Shown here piece after piece: positions 12,001-27,000 of a stretch of 64,000 bases of DNA. Origin of the DNA: the human T2T-CHM13v2.0 reference genome, Homo sapiens; assembly GCF_009914755.1 (NCBI RefSeq), contig NC_060929.1; one strand, written 5' to 3'. A program made the position numbers and the translations under genes. The notes under the pieces are model-generated. The model was not told the DNA's origin and searched no databases. It was given only the letters and a program-made list of their open reading frames with translations. Every line of letters starts with the position of its first letter. Within the stretch, counting starts at the first letter, position 1.

Positions 12001-15000
12001 ACAAAGAACTTTCTGACAATGCTTCTATCTAATTTTTATGTGAAGGTATTACTGTTTCCTATGAAGGCCTCAAAGTGGTCCGAATATCCACTTGCAGATT
12101 CTACAAAAAGAGGTTTTCAAAACTGCTCTATGAAGAGGTATGTTCAACTCTGTGAGTTGAATGCAAACATCACAAAGTAGTTTCTGAGAATGCTTCTGTC
12201 TAGTTTTTAGGGGAAGATATCTCCATTGGCACAATAGCCCTCAAAGCGCTCCAAGTATCCACTGGCAGATTCTAGCAAAAGAGTGTTTCAAAACTGCTCT
12301 GTGAGAAGAAATGTTCAACTGTGTTAGTTGAATGCCCACATCACAAAGACGATTGTGAGAATATTTCTGTCTAGTTTTTATTAGAAGATATTCCCGTTTC
12401 CACCAAAGGACACAAAGCGAAGCCCATTATCCGCTTGCAGACCTTACAAAAACACGTTTCAAAACTGCTCTATCAAAGGAAAGGTTCATCTCTCTGGGTT
12501 CAACGCACACATCACAAAGAAGTTTCTGAGAATGCTTCTGGCTAGTTTGTGTGTGAAGATATTCCCATTTCCAACAAAGGCTTCAAAGCGCTCCAAAGAT
12601 TCACCTGCAATTGTTCAAAAGAGTGTTTCAAAACTGTTCTATCAAAAGGAAGGTTCAACTCTGTGAGTTGAAGGCACGCTTCACATAAATGTTTCCGAGA
12701 ATGCTTCTTTCTAGTTTTTATGGGAAGATGTTTCCTTCTCCACCATAGCCCTCAAAGCGCTCCAAGTGTCCGCTGGCAGATTCCACAGAAACAGTGTTTC
12801 AAAACTGCTCTAACAAAAGAAAGATTCAACTCCGTGATTTGAATGCACACATCACAAAGCATTTTCTGTGAATCCTTCTGTCTACTTTTCATATGAGGAT
12901 ATTTCCTTTTCTACCATGGGCATCAAAGGGTTCCAATTATCCAATTGTAGATTGCACAAATAGAGTGTTTCAAAACTGCTTCATGAGAAGGAAGATTCAA
13001 ATTTGGGAGTAGAATGCACACATCACGAAGAAGTTTCTGAGAATGCTTCTGTCTAGTTTATATGTGAAGATATTCCCATTTCCAGCAAAGATCTCAAAGC
13101 TGTCCAAATATCCACTTGCGGATCCCACAAACAGAGTGTTTCAAAACTGCTCTACGGAAAGGTATGTTCAACTCTGTGAGTTTACTGCAGACATCCTAAA
13201 GAAGTTTCTGAGAATGCTGCTGTCTAGTTTAATGTGAATATATTTTCTTTTCCGCCATAGCCCTCAAAGAGCTCCAAATATCCACTTTCAGATTCTACAG
13301 AGTGTTTCAAAACTGCTCTATCAAAAAAAAGTTTCAACTCGGTGAGTCGAATGCACATATCACAAAGCAGTTTCTGAGAATGCTTTCGTCTATTTTTCCC
13401 AGGAAGATATTTCCATTTTGACCATAGGCCTCAAATCGCTCCAGATATCCACATGCAGATTCTACAAAAAGAGTGTTTCCAAACTGCCCTATCAAAAGGA
13501 AGATTCAACTCTGGTAGTTGAATGCAAACATCACAAAGAAGTTTCTCAGAATGCTTCTGTCTAGTTTTTAGAGGCAGATATTTCTTTTTCTACCATAGGC
13601 CTCAAAGCGCTCCAAATATCCACTTGCAGATTCTCCAAAAACAGTGTTTCAAAACTGCTCCATAAAAAGGAAGGTTCAACTCTGTGAGTTGAATGGACAG
13701 ATCACAAAGTAGTTTCTGAGAATGCTTCTGTCTAGTGTTTATGTGAAGATATTCCCGTCTCCGATGAAGGCCTCAAAGCAGTCCAAATATCCGCTTGCAG
13801 ATTCTACAAAAATAGTGTCTCAAAACTACTCTATGGAAAGGTATGTTCAACACTGTGAGATGAATGCAAACGTCACAAAGAAGTTGCTGAGAATGCTTCA
13901 GTCTAGTTTCCATGGGAAGACATTTCCTTTGGCACCACAGCCCTCAAAGCACTCCAAATGTCTACTTGCAGATTCGACAAAAGAGTTTTTCAAAACTGCT
14001 CTATCAAAAGAAAGGTTCAACGCTGTCAGATGAATCAACATATCACAAAAGAGTTTCTGAGAATGCCTCTATCTACTTTTTCTGTGAAGATATTCCGGTT
14101 TCCAACGAAGGCCTCAAAGCGCTCCAAATATCTACTTGCAGATTCTAGAAGAAGAGTGTTTCAAAACTGCTCTATTAAAGGAAGGTTCAACTCTGTGAGT
14201 TGAATTCACACATCACAAAGAACTTTCTGACAATGCTTCTATCTAATTTTTATGTGAAGGTATTACTGTTTCCTATGAAGGCCTCAAAGTGGTCCGAATA
14301 TCCACTTGCAGATTCTACAAAAAGAGGTTTTCAAAACTGCTCTATGAAGAGGTATGTTCAACTCTGTGAGTTGAATGCAAACATCACAAAGTAGTTTCTG
14401 AGAATTCCTCTGTCTAGTTTTTAGGGGAAGATATCTCCATTGGCACAATAGCCCTCAAAGCCCTCCAAGTATCCACTGGCAGATTCTAGCAAAAGAGTGT
14501 TTCAAAACTGCTCTGTGAGAAGAAATGTTCAACTGTGTTAGTTGAATGCCCACATCACAAAGACGATTGTGAGAATATTTCTGTCTAGTTTTTATTAGAA
14601 GATATTCCCGTTTCCACCAAAGGACACAAAGCGAAGCCCATTATCCGCTTGCAGACCTTACAAAAACACGTTTCAAAACTGCTCTATCAAAGGAAAGGTT
14701 CATCTCTCTGGGTTCAACGCACACATCACAAAGAAGTTTCTGAGAATGCTTCTGGCTAGTTTGTGTGTGAAGATATTCCCATTTCCAACAAAGGCTTCAA
14801 AGCGCTCCAAAGATTCACCTGCAATTGTTCAAAAGAGTGTTTCAAAACTGTTCTATCAAAAGGAAGGTTCAACTCTGTGAGTTGAAGGCACGCTTCACAT
14901 AAATGTTTCCGAGAATGCTTCTTTCTAGTTTTTATGGGAAGATGTTTCCTTCTCCACCATAGCCCTCAAAGCGCTCCAAGTGTCCGCTGGCAGATTCCAC

Positions 15001-18000
15001 AGAAACAGTGTTTCAAAACTGCTCTAACAAAAGAAAGATTCAACTCCGTGATTTGAATGCACACATCACAAAGCATTTTCTGTGAATCCTTCTGTCTAGT
15101 TTTCATATGAGGATATTTCCTTTTCTACCATGGGCATCAAAGGGTTCCAATTATCCAATTGTAGATTGCACAAATAGAGTGTTTCAAAACTGCTTCATGA
15201 GAAGGAAGATTCAAATTTGGGAGTAGAATGCACACATCACGAAGAAGTTTCTGAGAATGCTTCTGTCTAGTTTATATGTGAAGATATTCCCATTTCCAGC
15301 AAAGATCTCAAAGCTGTCCAAATATCCACTTGCGGATCCCACAAACAGAGTGTTTCAAAACTGCTCTACGGAAAGGTATGTTCAACTCTGTGAGTTTACT
15401 GCAGACATCCTAAAGAAGTTTCTGAGAATGCTGCTGTCTAGTTTAATGTGAATATATTTTCTTTTCCGCCATAGCCCTCAAAGAGCTCCAAATATCCACT
15501 TTCAGATTCTACAGAGTGTTTCAAAACTGCTCTATCAAAAAAAAGTTTCAACTCGGTGAGTCGAATGCACATATCACAAAGCAGTTTCTGAGAATGCTTT
15601 CCTCTATTTTTCCCAGGAAGATATTTCCTTTTGGACCGTAGGCCTCAAATCGCTCCAGATATCCACATGCAGATTCTACAAAAAGAGTGTTTCCAAACTG
15701 CCCTATCAAAAGGAAGATTCAACTCTGGTAGTTGAATGCAAACATCACAAAGAAGTTTCTCAGAATGCTTCTGTCTAGTTTTTAGAGGCAGATATTTCTT
15801 TTTCTACCATAGGCCTCAAAGCGCTCCAAATATCCACTTGCAGATTCTCCAAAAACAGTGTTTCAAAACTGCTCCATAAAAAGGAAGGTTCAACTCTGTG
15901 AGTTGAATGGACAGATCACAAAGTAGTTTCTGAGAATGCTTCTGCCTAGTGTTTATGTGAAGATATTCCCGTCTCCGATGAAGGCCTCAAAGCAGTCCAA
16001 ATATCCACTTGCAGATTCTACAAAAATAGTGTCTCAAAACTACTCTATGGAAAGGTATGTTCAACACTGTGAGATGAATGCAAACGTCACAAAGAAGTTG
16101 CTGAGAATGCTTCAGTCTAGTTTCCATGGGAAGACATTTCCTTTGGCACCACAGCCCTCAAAGCACTCCAAATGTCTACTTGCAGATTCGACAAAAGAGT
16201 TTTTCAAAACTGCTCTATCAAAAGAAGGGTTCAATGCTGTCAGATGAATCAACATATCACAAAAAAGTTTCTGAGAATGCCTCTATCTACTTTTTCTGTG
16301 AAGATATTCCAGTTTCCAACGAAGGCCTCAAAGCGCTCCAAATATCTACTTGCAGATTCTAGAAGAAGAGTGTTTCAAAACTGCTCTATTAAAGGAAGGT
16401 TCAACTCTGTGAGTTGAATTCACACATCACAAAGAACTTTCTGACAATGCTTCTATCTAGTTTTTATGTGAAGGTATTACTGTTTCCTATGAAGGCCTCA
16501 AAGTGGTCCGAATATCCACTTGCAGATTCTACAAAAAGAGGTTTTCAAAACTGCTCTATGAAGAGGTATGTTCAACTCTGTGAGTTGAATGCAAACATCA
16601 CAAAGTAGTTTCTGAGAATGCTTCTGTCTAGTTTTTAGGGGAAGATATCTCCATTGGCACAATAGCCCTCAAAGCGCTCCAAGTATCCACTGGCAGATTC
16701 TAGCAAAAGAGTGTTTCAAAACTGCTCTGTGAGAAGAAATGTTCAACTGTGTTAGTTGAATGCCCACATCACAAAGACGATTGTGAGAATATTTCTGTCT
16801 AGTTTTTATTAGAAGATATTCCCGTTTCCACCAAAGGACACAAAGCGAAGCCCATTATCCGCTTGCAGACCTTACAAAAACACGTTTCAAAACTGCTCTA
16901 TCAAAGGAAAGGTTCATCTCTCTGGGTTCAACGCACACATCACAAAGAAGTTTCTGAGAATGCTTCTGGCTAGTTTGTGTGTGAAGATATTCCCATTTCC
17001 AACAAAGGCTTCAAAGCGCTCCAAAGATTCACCTGCAATTGTTCAAAAGAGTGTTTCAAAACTGTTCTATCAAAAGGAAGGTTCAACTCTGTGAGTTGAA
17101 GGCACGCTTCACATAAATGTTTCCGAGAATGCTTCTTTCTAGTTTTTATGGGAAGATGTTTCCTTCTCCACCATAGCCCTCAAAGCGCTCCAAGTGTCCG
17201 CTGGCAGATTCCACAGAAACAGTGTTTCAAAACTGCTCTAACAAAAGAAAGATTCAACTCCGTGATTTGAATGCACACATCACAAAGCATTTTCTGTGAA
17301 TCCTTCTGTCTAGTTTTTATATGAGGATATTTCCTTTTCTACCATGGGCATCAAAGGGTTCCAATTATCCAATTGTAGATTGCACAAATAGAGTGTTTCA
17401 AAACTGCTTCATGAGAAGGAAGATTCAAATTTGGGAGTAGAATGCACACATCACGAAGAAGTTTCTGAGAATGCTTCTGTCTAGTTTATATGTGAAGATA
17501 TTCCCATTTCCAGCAAAGATCTCAAAGCTGTCCAAATATCCACTTGCGGATCCCACAAACAGAGTGTTTCAAAACTGCTCTACGGAAAGGTATGTTCAAC
17601 TCTGTGAGTTTACTGCAGACATCCTAAAGAAGTTTCTGAGAATGCTGCTGTCTAGTTTAATGTGAATATATTTTCTTTTCCGCCATAGCCCTCAAAGAGC
17701 TCCAAATATCCACTTTCAGATTCTACAGAGTGTTTCAAAACTGCTCTATCAAAAAAAAGTTTCAACTCGGTGAGTCGAATGCACATATCACAAAGCAGTT
17801 TCTGAGAATGCTTTCGTCTATTTTTCCCAGGAAGATATTTCCTTTTTGACCATAGGCCTCAAATCGCTCCAGATATCCACATGCAGATTCTACAAAAAGA
17901 GTGTTTCCAAACTGCCCTATCAAAAGGAAGATTCAACTCTGGTAGTTGAATGCAAACATCACAAAGAAGTTTCTCAGAATGCTTCTGTCTAGTTTTTAGA

Positions 18001-21000
18001 GGCAGATATTTCTTTTTCTACCATAGGCCTCAAAGCGCTCCAAATATCCACTTGCAGATTCTCCAAAAACAGTGTTTCAAAACTGCTCCATAAAAAGGAA
18101 GGTTCAACTCTGTGAGTTGAATGGACAGATCACAAAGTAGTTTCTGAGAATGCTTCTGCCTAGTGTTTATGTGAAGATATTCCCGTCTCCGATGAAGGCC
18201 TCAAAGCAGTCCAAATATCCGCTTGCAGATTCTACAAAAATAGTGTCTCAAAACTACTCTATGGAAAGGTATGTTCAACACTGTGAGATGAATGCAAACG
18301 TCACAAAGAAGTTGCTGAGAATGCTTCAGTCTAGTTTCCATGGGAAGACATTTCCTTTGGCACCACAGCCCTCAAAGCACTCCAAATGTCTACTTGCAGA
18401 TTCGACAAAAGAGTTTTTCAAAACTGCTCTATCAAAAGAAAGGTTCAACGCTGTCAGATGAATCAACATATCACAAAAAAGTTTCTGAGAATGCCTCTAT
18501 CTACTTTTTCTGTGAAGATATTCCGGTTTCCAACGAAGGCCTCAAAGCGCTCCAAATATCTACTTGCAGATTCTAGAAGAAGAGTGTTTCAAAACTGCTC
18601 TATTAAAGGAAGGTTCAACTCTGTGAGTTGAATTCACACATCACAAAGAACTTTCTGACAATGCTTCTATCTAGTTTTTATGTGAAGGTATTACTGTTTC
18701 CTATGAAGGCCTCAAAGTGGTCCGAATATCCACTTGCAGATTCTACAAAGAGAGGTTTTCAAAACTGCTCTATGAAGAGGTATGTTCAACTCTGTGAGTT
18801 GAATGCAAACATCACAAAGTAGTTTCTGAGAATGCTTCTGTCTAGTTTTTAGGGGAAGATATCTCCATTGGCACAATAGCCCTCAAAGCGCTCCAAGTAT
18901 CCACTGGCAGATCCTAGCAAAAGAGTGTTTCAAAACTGCTCTGTGAGAAGAAATGTTCAACTGTGTTAGTTGAATGCCCACATCACAAAGACGATTGTGA
19001 GAATATTTCTGTCTAGTTTTTATTAGAAGATATTCCCGTTTCCACCAAAGGACACAAAGCGAAGCCCATTATCCGCTTGCAGACCTTACAAAAACACGTT
19101 TCAAAACAGCTCTATCAAAGGAAAGGTTCATCTCTCTGGGTTCAACGCACACATCACAAAGAAGTTTCTGAGAATGCTTCTGGCTAGTTTGTGTGTGAAG
19201 ATATTCCCATTTCCAACAAAGGCTTCAAAGCGCTCCAAAGATTCACCTGCAATTGTTCAAAAGAGTGTTTCAAAACTGTTCTATCAAAAGGAAGGTTCAA
19301 CTCTGTGAGTTGAAGGCACGCTTCACATAAATGTTTCCGAGAATGCTTCTTTCTAGTTTTTATGGGAAGATGTTTCCTTCTCCACCATAGCCCTCAAAGC
19401 GCTCCAAGTGTCCGCTGGCAGATTCCACAGAAACAGTGTTTCAAAACTGCTCTAACAAAAGAAAGATTCAACTCCGTGATTTGAATGCACACATCACAAA
19501 GCATTTTCTGTGAATCCTTCTGTCTAGTTTTCATATGAGGATATTTCCTTTTCTACCATGGGCATCAAAGGGTTCCAATTATCCAATTGTAGATTGCACA
19601 AATAGAGTGTTTCAAAACTGCTTCATGAGAAGGAAGATTCAAATTTGGGAGTAGAATGCACACATCACGAAGAAGTTTCTGAGAATGCTTCTGTCTAGTT
19701 TATATGTGAAGATATTCCCATTTCCAGCAAAGATCTCAAAGCTGTCCAAATATCCACTTGCGGATCCCACAAACAGAGTGTTTCAAAACTGCTCTACGGA
19801 AAGGTATGTTCAACTCTGTGAGTTTACTGCAGACATCCTAAAGAAGTTTCTGAGAATGCTGCTGTCTAGTTTAATGTGAATATATTTTCTTTTCCGCCAT
19901 AGCCCTCAAAGAGCTCCAAATATCCACTTTCAGATTCTACAGAGTGTTTCAAAACTGCTCTATCAAAAAAAAGTTTCAACTCGGTGAGTCGAATGCACAT
20001 ATCACAAAGCAGTTTCTGAGAATGCTTTCGTCTATTTTTCCCAGGAAGATATTTCCTTTTTGACCATAGGCCTCAAATCGCTCCAGATATCCACATGCAG
20101 ATTCTACAAAAAGAGTGTTTCCAAACTGCCCTATCAAAAGGAAGATTCAACTCTGGTAGTTGAATGCAAACATCACAAAGAAGTTTCTCAGAATGCTTCT
20201 GTCTAGTTTTTAGAGGCAGATATTTCTTTTTCTACCATAGGCCTCAAAGCGCTCCAAATATCCACTTGCAGATTCTCCAAAAACAGTGTTTCAAAACTGC
20301 TCCATAAAAAGGAAGGTTCAACTCTGTGAGTTGAATGGACAGATCACAAAGTAGTTTCTGAGAATGCTTCTGCCTAGTGTTTATGTGAAGATATTCCCGT
20401 CTCCGATGAAGGCCTCAAAGCAGTCCAAATATCCGCTTGCAGATTCTACAAAAATAGTGTCTCAAAACTACTCTATGGAAAGGTATGTTCAACACTGTGA
20501 GATGAATGCAAACGTCACAAAGAAGTTGCTGAGAATGCTTCAGTCTAGTTTCCATGGGAAGACATTTCCTTTGGCACCACAGCCCTCAAAGCACTCCAAA
20601 TGTCTACTTGCAGATTCGACAAAAGAGTTTTTCAAAACTGCTCTATCAAAAGAAAGGTTCAACGCTGTCAGATGAATCAACATATCACAAAAAAGTTTCT
20701 GAGAATGCCTCTATCTACTTTTTCTGTGAAGATATTCCGGTTTCCAACGAAGGCCTCAAAGCGCTCCAAATATCTACTTGCAGATTCTAGAAGAAGAGTG
20801 TTTCAAAACTGCTCTATTAAAGGAAGGTTCAACTCTGTGAGTTGAATTCACACATCACAAAGAACTTTCTGACAATGCTTCTATCTAGTTTTTATGTGAA
20901 GGTATTACTGTTTCCTATGAAGGCCTCAAAGTGGTCCGAATATCCACTTGCAGATTCTACAAAAAGAGGTTTTCAAAACTGCTCTATGAAGAGGTATGTT

Positions 21001-24000
21001 CAACTCTGTGAGTTGAATGCAAACATCACAAAGTAGTTTCTGAGAATGCTTCTGTCTAGTTTTTAGGGGAAGATATCTCCATTGGCACAATAGCCCTCAA
21101 AGCGCTCCAAGTATCCACTGGCAGATTCTAGCAAAAGAGTGTTTCAAAACTGCTCTGTGAGAAGAAATGTTCAACTGTGTTAGTTGAATGCCCACATCAC
21201 AAAGACGATTGTGAGAATATTTCTGTCTAGTTTTTATTAGAAGATATTCCCGTTTCCACCAAAGGACACAAAGCGAAGCCCATTATCCGCTTGCAGACCT
21301 TACAAAAACACGTTTCAAAACTGCTCTATCAAAGGAAAGGTTCATCTCTCTGGGTTCAACGCACACATCACAAAGAAGTTTCTGAGAATGCTTCTGGCTA
21401 GTTTGTGTGTGAAGATATTCCCATTTCCAACAAAGGCTTCAAAGCGCTCCAAAGATTCACCTGCAATTGTTCAAAAGAGTGTTTCAAAACTGTTCTATCA
21501 AAAGGAAGGTTCAACTCTGTGAGTTGAAGGCACGCTTCACATAAATGTTTCCGAGAATGCTTCTTTCTAGTTTTTATGGGAAGATGTTTCCTTCTCCACC
21601 ATAGCCCTCAAAGCGCTCCAAGTGTCCGCTGGCAGATTCCACAGAAACAGTGTTTCAAAACTGCTCTAACAAAAGAAAGATTCAACTCAGTGATTTGAAT
21701 GCACACATCACAAAGCATTTTCTGTGAATCCTTCTGTCTAGTTTTTATATGAGGATATTTCCTTTTCTACCATGGGCATCAAAGGGTTCCAATTATCCAA
21801 TTGTAGATTGCACAAATAGAGAGTTTCAAAACTGCTTCATGAGAAGGAAGATTCAAATTTGCGAGTAGAATGCACACATCACGAAGAAGTTTCTGAGAAT
21901 GCTTCTGTCTAGTTTATATGTGAAGATATTCCCATTTCCAGCAAAGATCTCAAAGCTGTCCAAATATCCACTTGCGGACCCCACAAACAGAGTGTTTCAA
22001 AACTGCTCTACGGAAAGGTATGTTCAACTCTGTGAGTTTACTGCAGACATCCTAAAGAAGTTTCTGAGAATGCTGCTGTCTAGTTTAATGTGAATATATT
22101 TTCTTTTCCGCCATAGCCCTCAAAGAGCTCCAAATATCCACTTTCAGATTCTACAGAGTGTTTCAAAACTGCTCTATCAAAAAAAAGTTTCAACTCGGTG
22201 AGTCGAATGCACATATCACAAAGCAGTTTCTGAGAATGCTTTCGTCTATTTTTCCCAGGAAGATATTTCCTTTTTGACCATAGGCCTCAAATCGCTCCAG
22301 ATATCCACATGCAGATTCTACAAAAAGAGTGTTTCCAAACTGCCCTATCAAAAGGAAGATTCAACTCTGGTAGTTGAATGCAAACATCACAAAGAAGTTT
22401 CTCAGAATGCTTCTGTCTAGTTTTTAGAGGCAGATATTTCTTTTTCTACCATAGGCCTCAAAGCGCTCCAAATATCCACTTGCAGATTCTCCAAAAACAG
22501 TGTTTCAAAACTGCTCCATAAAAAGGAAGGTTCAACTCTGTGAGTTGAATGGACAGATCACAAAGTAGTTTCTGAGAATGCTTCTGCCTAGTGTTTATGT
22601 GAAGATATTCCCGTCTCCGATGAAGGCCTCAAAGCAGTCCAAATATCCGCTTGCAGATTCTACAAAAATAGTGTCTCAAAACTACTCTATGGAAAGGTAT
22701 GTTCAACACTGTGAGATGAATGCAAACGTCACAAAGAAGTTGCTGAGAATGCTTCAGTCTAGTTTCCATGGGAAGACATTTCCTTTGGCACCACAGCCCT
22801 CAAAGCACTCCACATGTCTACTTGCAGATTCGACAAAAGAGTTTTTCAAAACTGCTCTATCAAAAGAAAGGTTCAACGCTGTCAGATGAATCAACATATC
22901 ACAAAAAAGTTTCTGAGAATGCCTCTATCTACTTTTTCTGTGAAGATATTCCGGTTTCCAACGAAGGCCTCAAAGCGCTCCAAATATCTACTTGCAGATT
23001 CTAGAAGAAGAGTGTTTCAAAACTGCTCTATTAAAGGAAGGTTCAACTCTGTGAGTTGAATTCACACATCACAAAGAACTTTCTGACAATGCTTCTATCT
23101 AGTTTTCATGTGAAGGTATTACTGTTTCCTATGAAGGCCTCAAAGTGGTCCGAATATCCACTTGCAGATTCTACAAAAAGAGGTTTTCAAAACTGCTCTA
23201 TGAAGAGGTATGTTCAACTCTGTGAGTTGAATGCAAACATCACAAAGTAGTTTCTGAGAATGCTTCTGTCTAGTTTTTAGGGGAAGATATCTCCATTGGC
23301 ACAATAGCCCTCAAAGCGCTCCAAGTATCCACTGGCAGATTCTAGCAAAAGAGTGTTTCAAAACTGCTCTGTGAGAAGAAATGTTCAACTGTGTTAGTTG
23401 AATGCCCACATCACAAAGACGATTGTGAGAATATTTCTGTCTAGTTTTTATTAGAAGATGTTCCCGTTTCCACCAAAGGACACAAAGCGAAGCCCATTAT
23501 CCGCTTGCAGACCTTACAAAAACACGTTTCAAAACTGCTCTATCAAAGGAAAGGTTCATCTCTCTGGGTTCAACGCACACATCACAAAGAAGTTTCTGAG
23601 AATGCTTCTGGCTAGTTTGTGTGTGAAGATATTCCCATTTCCAACAAAGGCTTCAAAGCGCTCCAAAGATTCACCTGCAATTGTTCAAAAGAGTGTTTCA
23701 AAACTGTTCTATCAAAAGGAAGGTTCAACTCTGTGAGTTGAAGGCACGCTTCACATAAATGTTTCCGAGAATGCTTCTTTCTAGTTTTTATGGGAAGATG
23801 TTTCCTTCTCCACCATAGCCCTCAAAGCGCTCCAAGTGTCCGCTGGCAGATTCCACAGAAACAGTGTTTCAAAACTGCTCTAACAAAAGAAAGATTCAAC
23901 TCCGTGATTTGAATGCACACATCACAAAGCATTTTCTGTGAATCCTTCTGTCTAGTTTTTATATGAGGATATTTCCTTTTCTACCATGGGCATCAAAGGG

Positions 24001-27000
24001 TTCCAATTATCCAATTGTAGATTGCACAAATAGAGTGTTTCAAAACTGCTTCATGAGAAGGAAGATTCAAATTTGGGAGTAGAATGCACACATCACGAAG
24101 AAGTTTCTGAGAATGCTTCTGTTTAGTTTATATGTGAAGATATTCCCATTTCCAGCAAAGATCTCAAAGCTGTCCAAATATCCACTTGCGGATCCCACAA
24201 ACAGAGTGTTTCAAAACTGCTCTACGGAAAGGTATGTTCAACTCTGTGAGTTTACTGCAGACATCCTAAAGAAGTTTCTGAGAATGCTGCTGTCTAGTTT
24301 AATGTGAATATATTTTCTTTTCCGCCATAGCCCTCAAAGAGCTCCAAATATCCACTTTCAGATTCTACAGAGTGTTTCAAAACTGCTCTATCAAAAAAAA
24401 GTTTCAACTCGGTGAGTCGAATGCACATATCACAAAGCAGTTTCTGAGAATGCTTTCGTCTATTTTTCCCAGGAAGATATTTCCTTTTTGACCATAGGCC
24501 TCAAACCGCTCCAGATATCCACATGCAGATTCTACAAAAAGAGTGTTTCCAAACTGCCCTATCAAAAGGAAGATTCAACTCTGTTAGTTGAATGCAAACA
24601 TCACAAAGAAGTTTCTCAGAATGCTTCTGTCTAGTTTTTAGAGGCAGATATTTCTTTTTCTACCATAGGCCTCAAAGCGCTCCAAATATCCACTTGCAGA
24701 TTCTCCAAAAACAGTGTTTCAAAACTGCTCCATAAAAAGAAAAGTTCAACTCTGTGAGTTGAATGGACAGATCACAAAGTAGTTTCTGAGAATGCTTCTG
24801 TCTAGTGTTTATGTGAAGATATTCCCGTCTCCGATGAAGGCCTCAAAGCAGTCCAAATATCCACTTGCAGATTCTACAAAAATAGTGTCTCAAAACTACT
24901 CTATGGAAAGGTATGTTCAACACTGTGAGATGAATGCAAACGTCACAAAGAAGTTGCTGAGAATGCTTCAGTCTAGTTTCCATGGGAAGACATTTCCTTT
25001 GGCACCACAGCCCTCAAAGCACTCCAAATGTCTACTTGCAGATTCGACAAAAGAGTTTTTCAAAACTGCTCTATCAAAAGAAAGGTTCAACGCTGTCAGA
25101 TGAATCAACATATCACAAAAAAGTTTCTGAGAATGCCTCTATCTACTTTTTCTGTGAAGATATTTCGGTTTCCAACGAAGGCCTCAAAGCGCTCCAAATA
25201 TCTACTTACAGATTCTAGAAGAAGAGTGTTTCAAAACTGCTCTATTAAAGGAAGGTTCAACTCTGTGAGTTGAATTCACACATCACAAAGAACTTTCTGA
25301 CAATGCTTCTATCTAGTTTTTATGTGAAGGTATTACTGTTTCCTATGAAGGCCTCAAAGTGGTCCGAATATCCACTTGCAGATTCTACAAAAAGAGGTTT
25401 TCAAAACTGCTCTATGAAGAGGTATGTTCAACTCTGTGAGTTGAATGCAAACATCACAAAGTAGTTTCTGAGAATGCTTCTGTCTAGTTTTTAGGGGAAG
25501 ATATCTCCATTGGCACAATAGCCCTCAAAGCGCTCCAAGTATCCACTGGCAGATTCTAGCAAAAGAGTGTTTCAAAACTGCTCTGTGAGAAGAAATGTTC
25601 AACTGTGTTAGTTGAATGCCCACATCACAAAGACGATTGTGAGAATATTTCTGTCTAGTTTTTATTAGAAGATATTCCCGTTTCCACCAAAGGACACAAA
25701 GCGAAGCCCATTATCCGCTTGCAGACCTTACAAAAACACGTTTCAAAACTGCTCTATCAAAGGAAAGGTTCATCTCTCTGGGTTCAACGCACACATCACA
25801 AAGAAGTTTCTGAGAATGCTTCTGGCTAGTTTGTGTGTGAAGATATTCCCATTTCCAACAAAGGCTTCAAAGCGCTCCAAAGATTCACCTGCAATTGTTC
25901 AAAAGAGTGTTTCAAAACTGTTCTATCAAAAGGAAGGTTCAACTCTGTGAGTTGAAGGCACGCTTCACATAAATGTTTCCGAGAATGCTTCTTTCTAGTT
26001 TTTATGGGAAGATGTTTCCTTCTCCACCATAGCCCTCAAAGCGCTCCAAGTGTCCGCTGGCAGATTCCACAGAAACAGTGTTTCAAAACTGCTCTAACAA
26101 AAGAAAGATTCAACTCCGTGATTTGAATGCACACATCACAAAGCATTTTCTGTGAATCCTTCTGTCTAGTTTTTATATGAGGATATTTCCTTTTCTACCA
26201 TGGGCATCAAAGGGTTCCAATTATCCAATTGTAGATTGCACAAATAGAGTGTTTCAAAACTGCTTCATGAGAAGGAAGATTCAAATTTGGGAGTAGAATG
26301 CACACATCACGAAGAAGTTTCTGAGAATGCTTCTGTCTAGTTTATATGTGAAGATATTCCCATTTCCAGCAAAGATCTCAAAGCTGTCCAAATATCCACT
26401 TGCGGATCCCACAAACAGAGTGTTTCAAAACTGCTCTACAGAAAGGTATGTTCAACTCTGTGAGTTTACTGCAGACATCCTAAAGAAGTTTCTGAGAATG
26501 CTGCTGTCTAGTTTAATGTGAATATATTTTCTTTTCCGCCATAGCCCTCAAAGAGCTCCAAATATCCACTTTCAGATTCTACAGAGTGTTTCAAAACTGC
26601 TCTATCAAAAAAAAGTTTCAACTCGGTGAGTCGAATGCACATATCACAAAGCAGTTTCTGAGAATGCTTTCGTCTATTTTTCCAAGGAAGATATTTCCTT
26701 TTTGACCATAGGCCTCAAATCGCTCCAGATATCCACATGCAGATTCTACAAAAAGAGTGTTTCCAAACTGCCCTATCAAAAGGAAGATTCAACTCTGGTA
26801 GTTGAATGCAAACATCACAAAGAAGTTTCTCAGAATGCTTCTGTCTAGTTTTTAGAGGCAGATATTTCTTTTTCTACCATAGGCCTCAAAGCGCTCCAAA
26901 TATCCACTTGCAGATTCTCCAAAAACAGTGTTTCAAAACTGCTCCATAAAAAGGAAGATTCAACTCTGTGAGTTGAATGGACAGATCACAAAGTAGTTTC

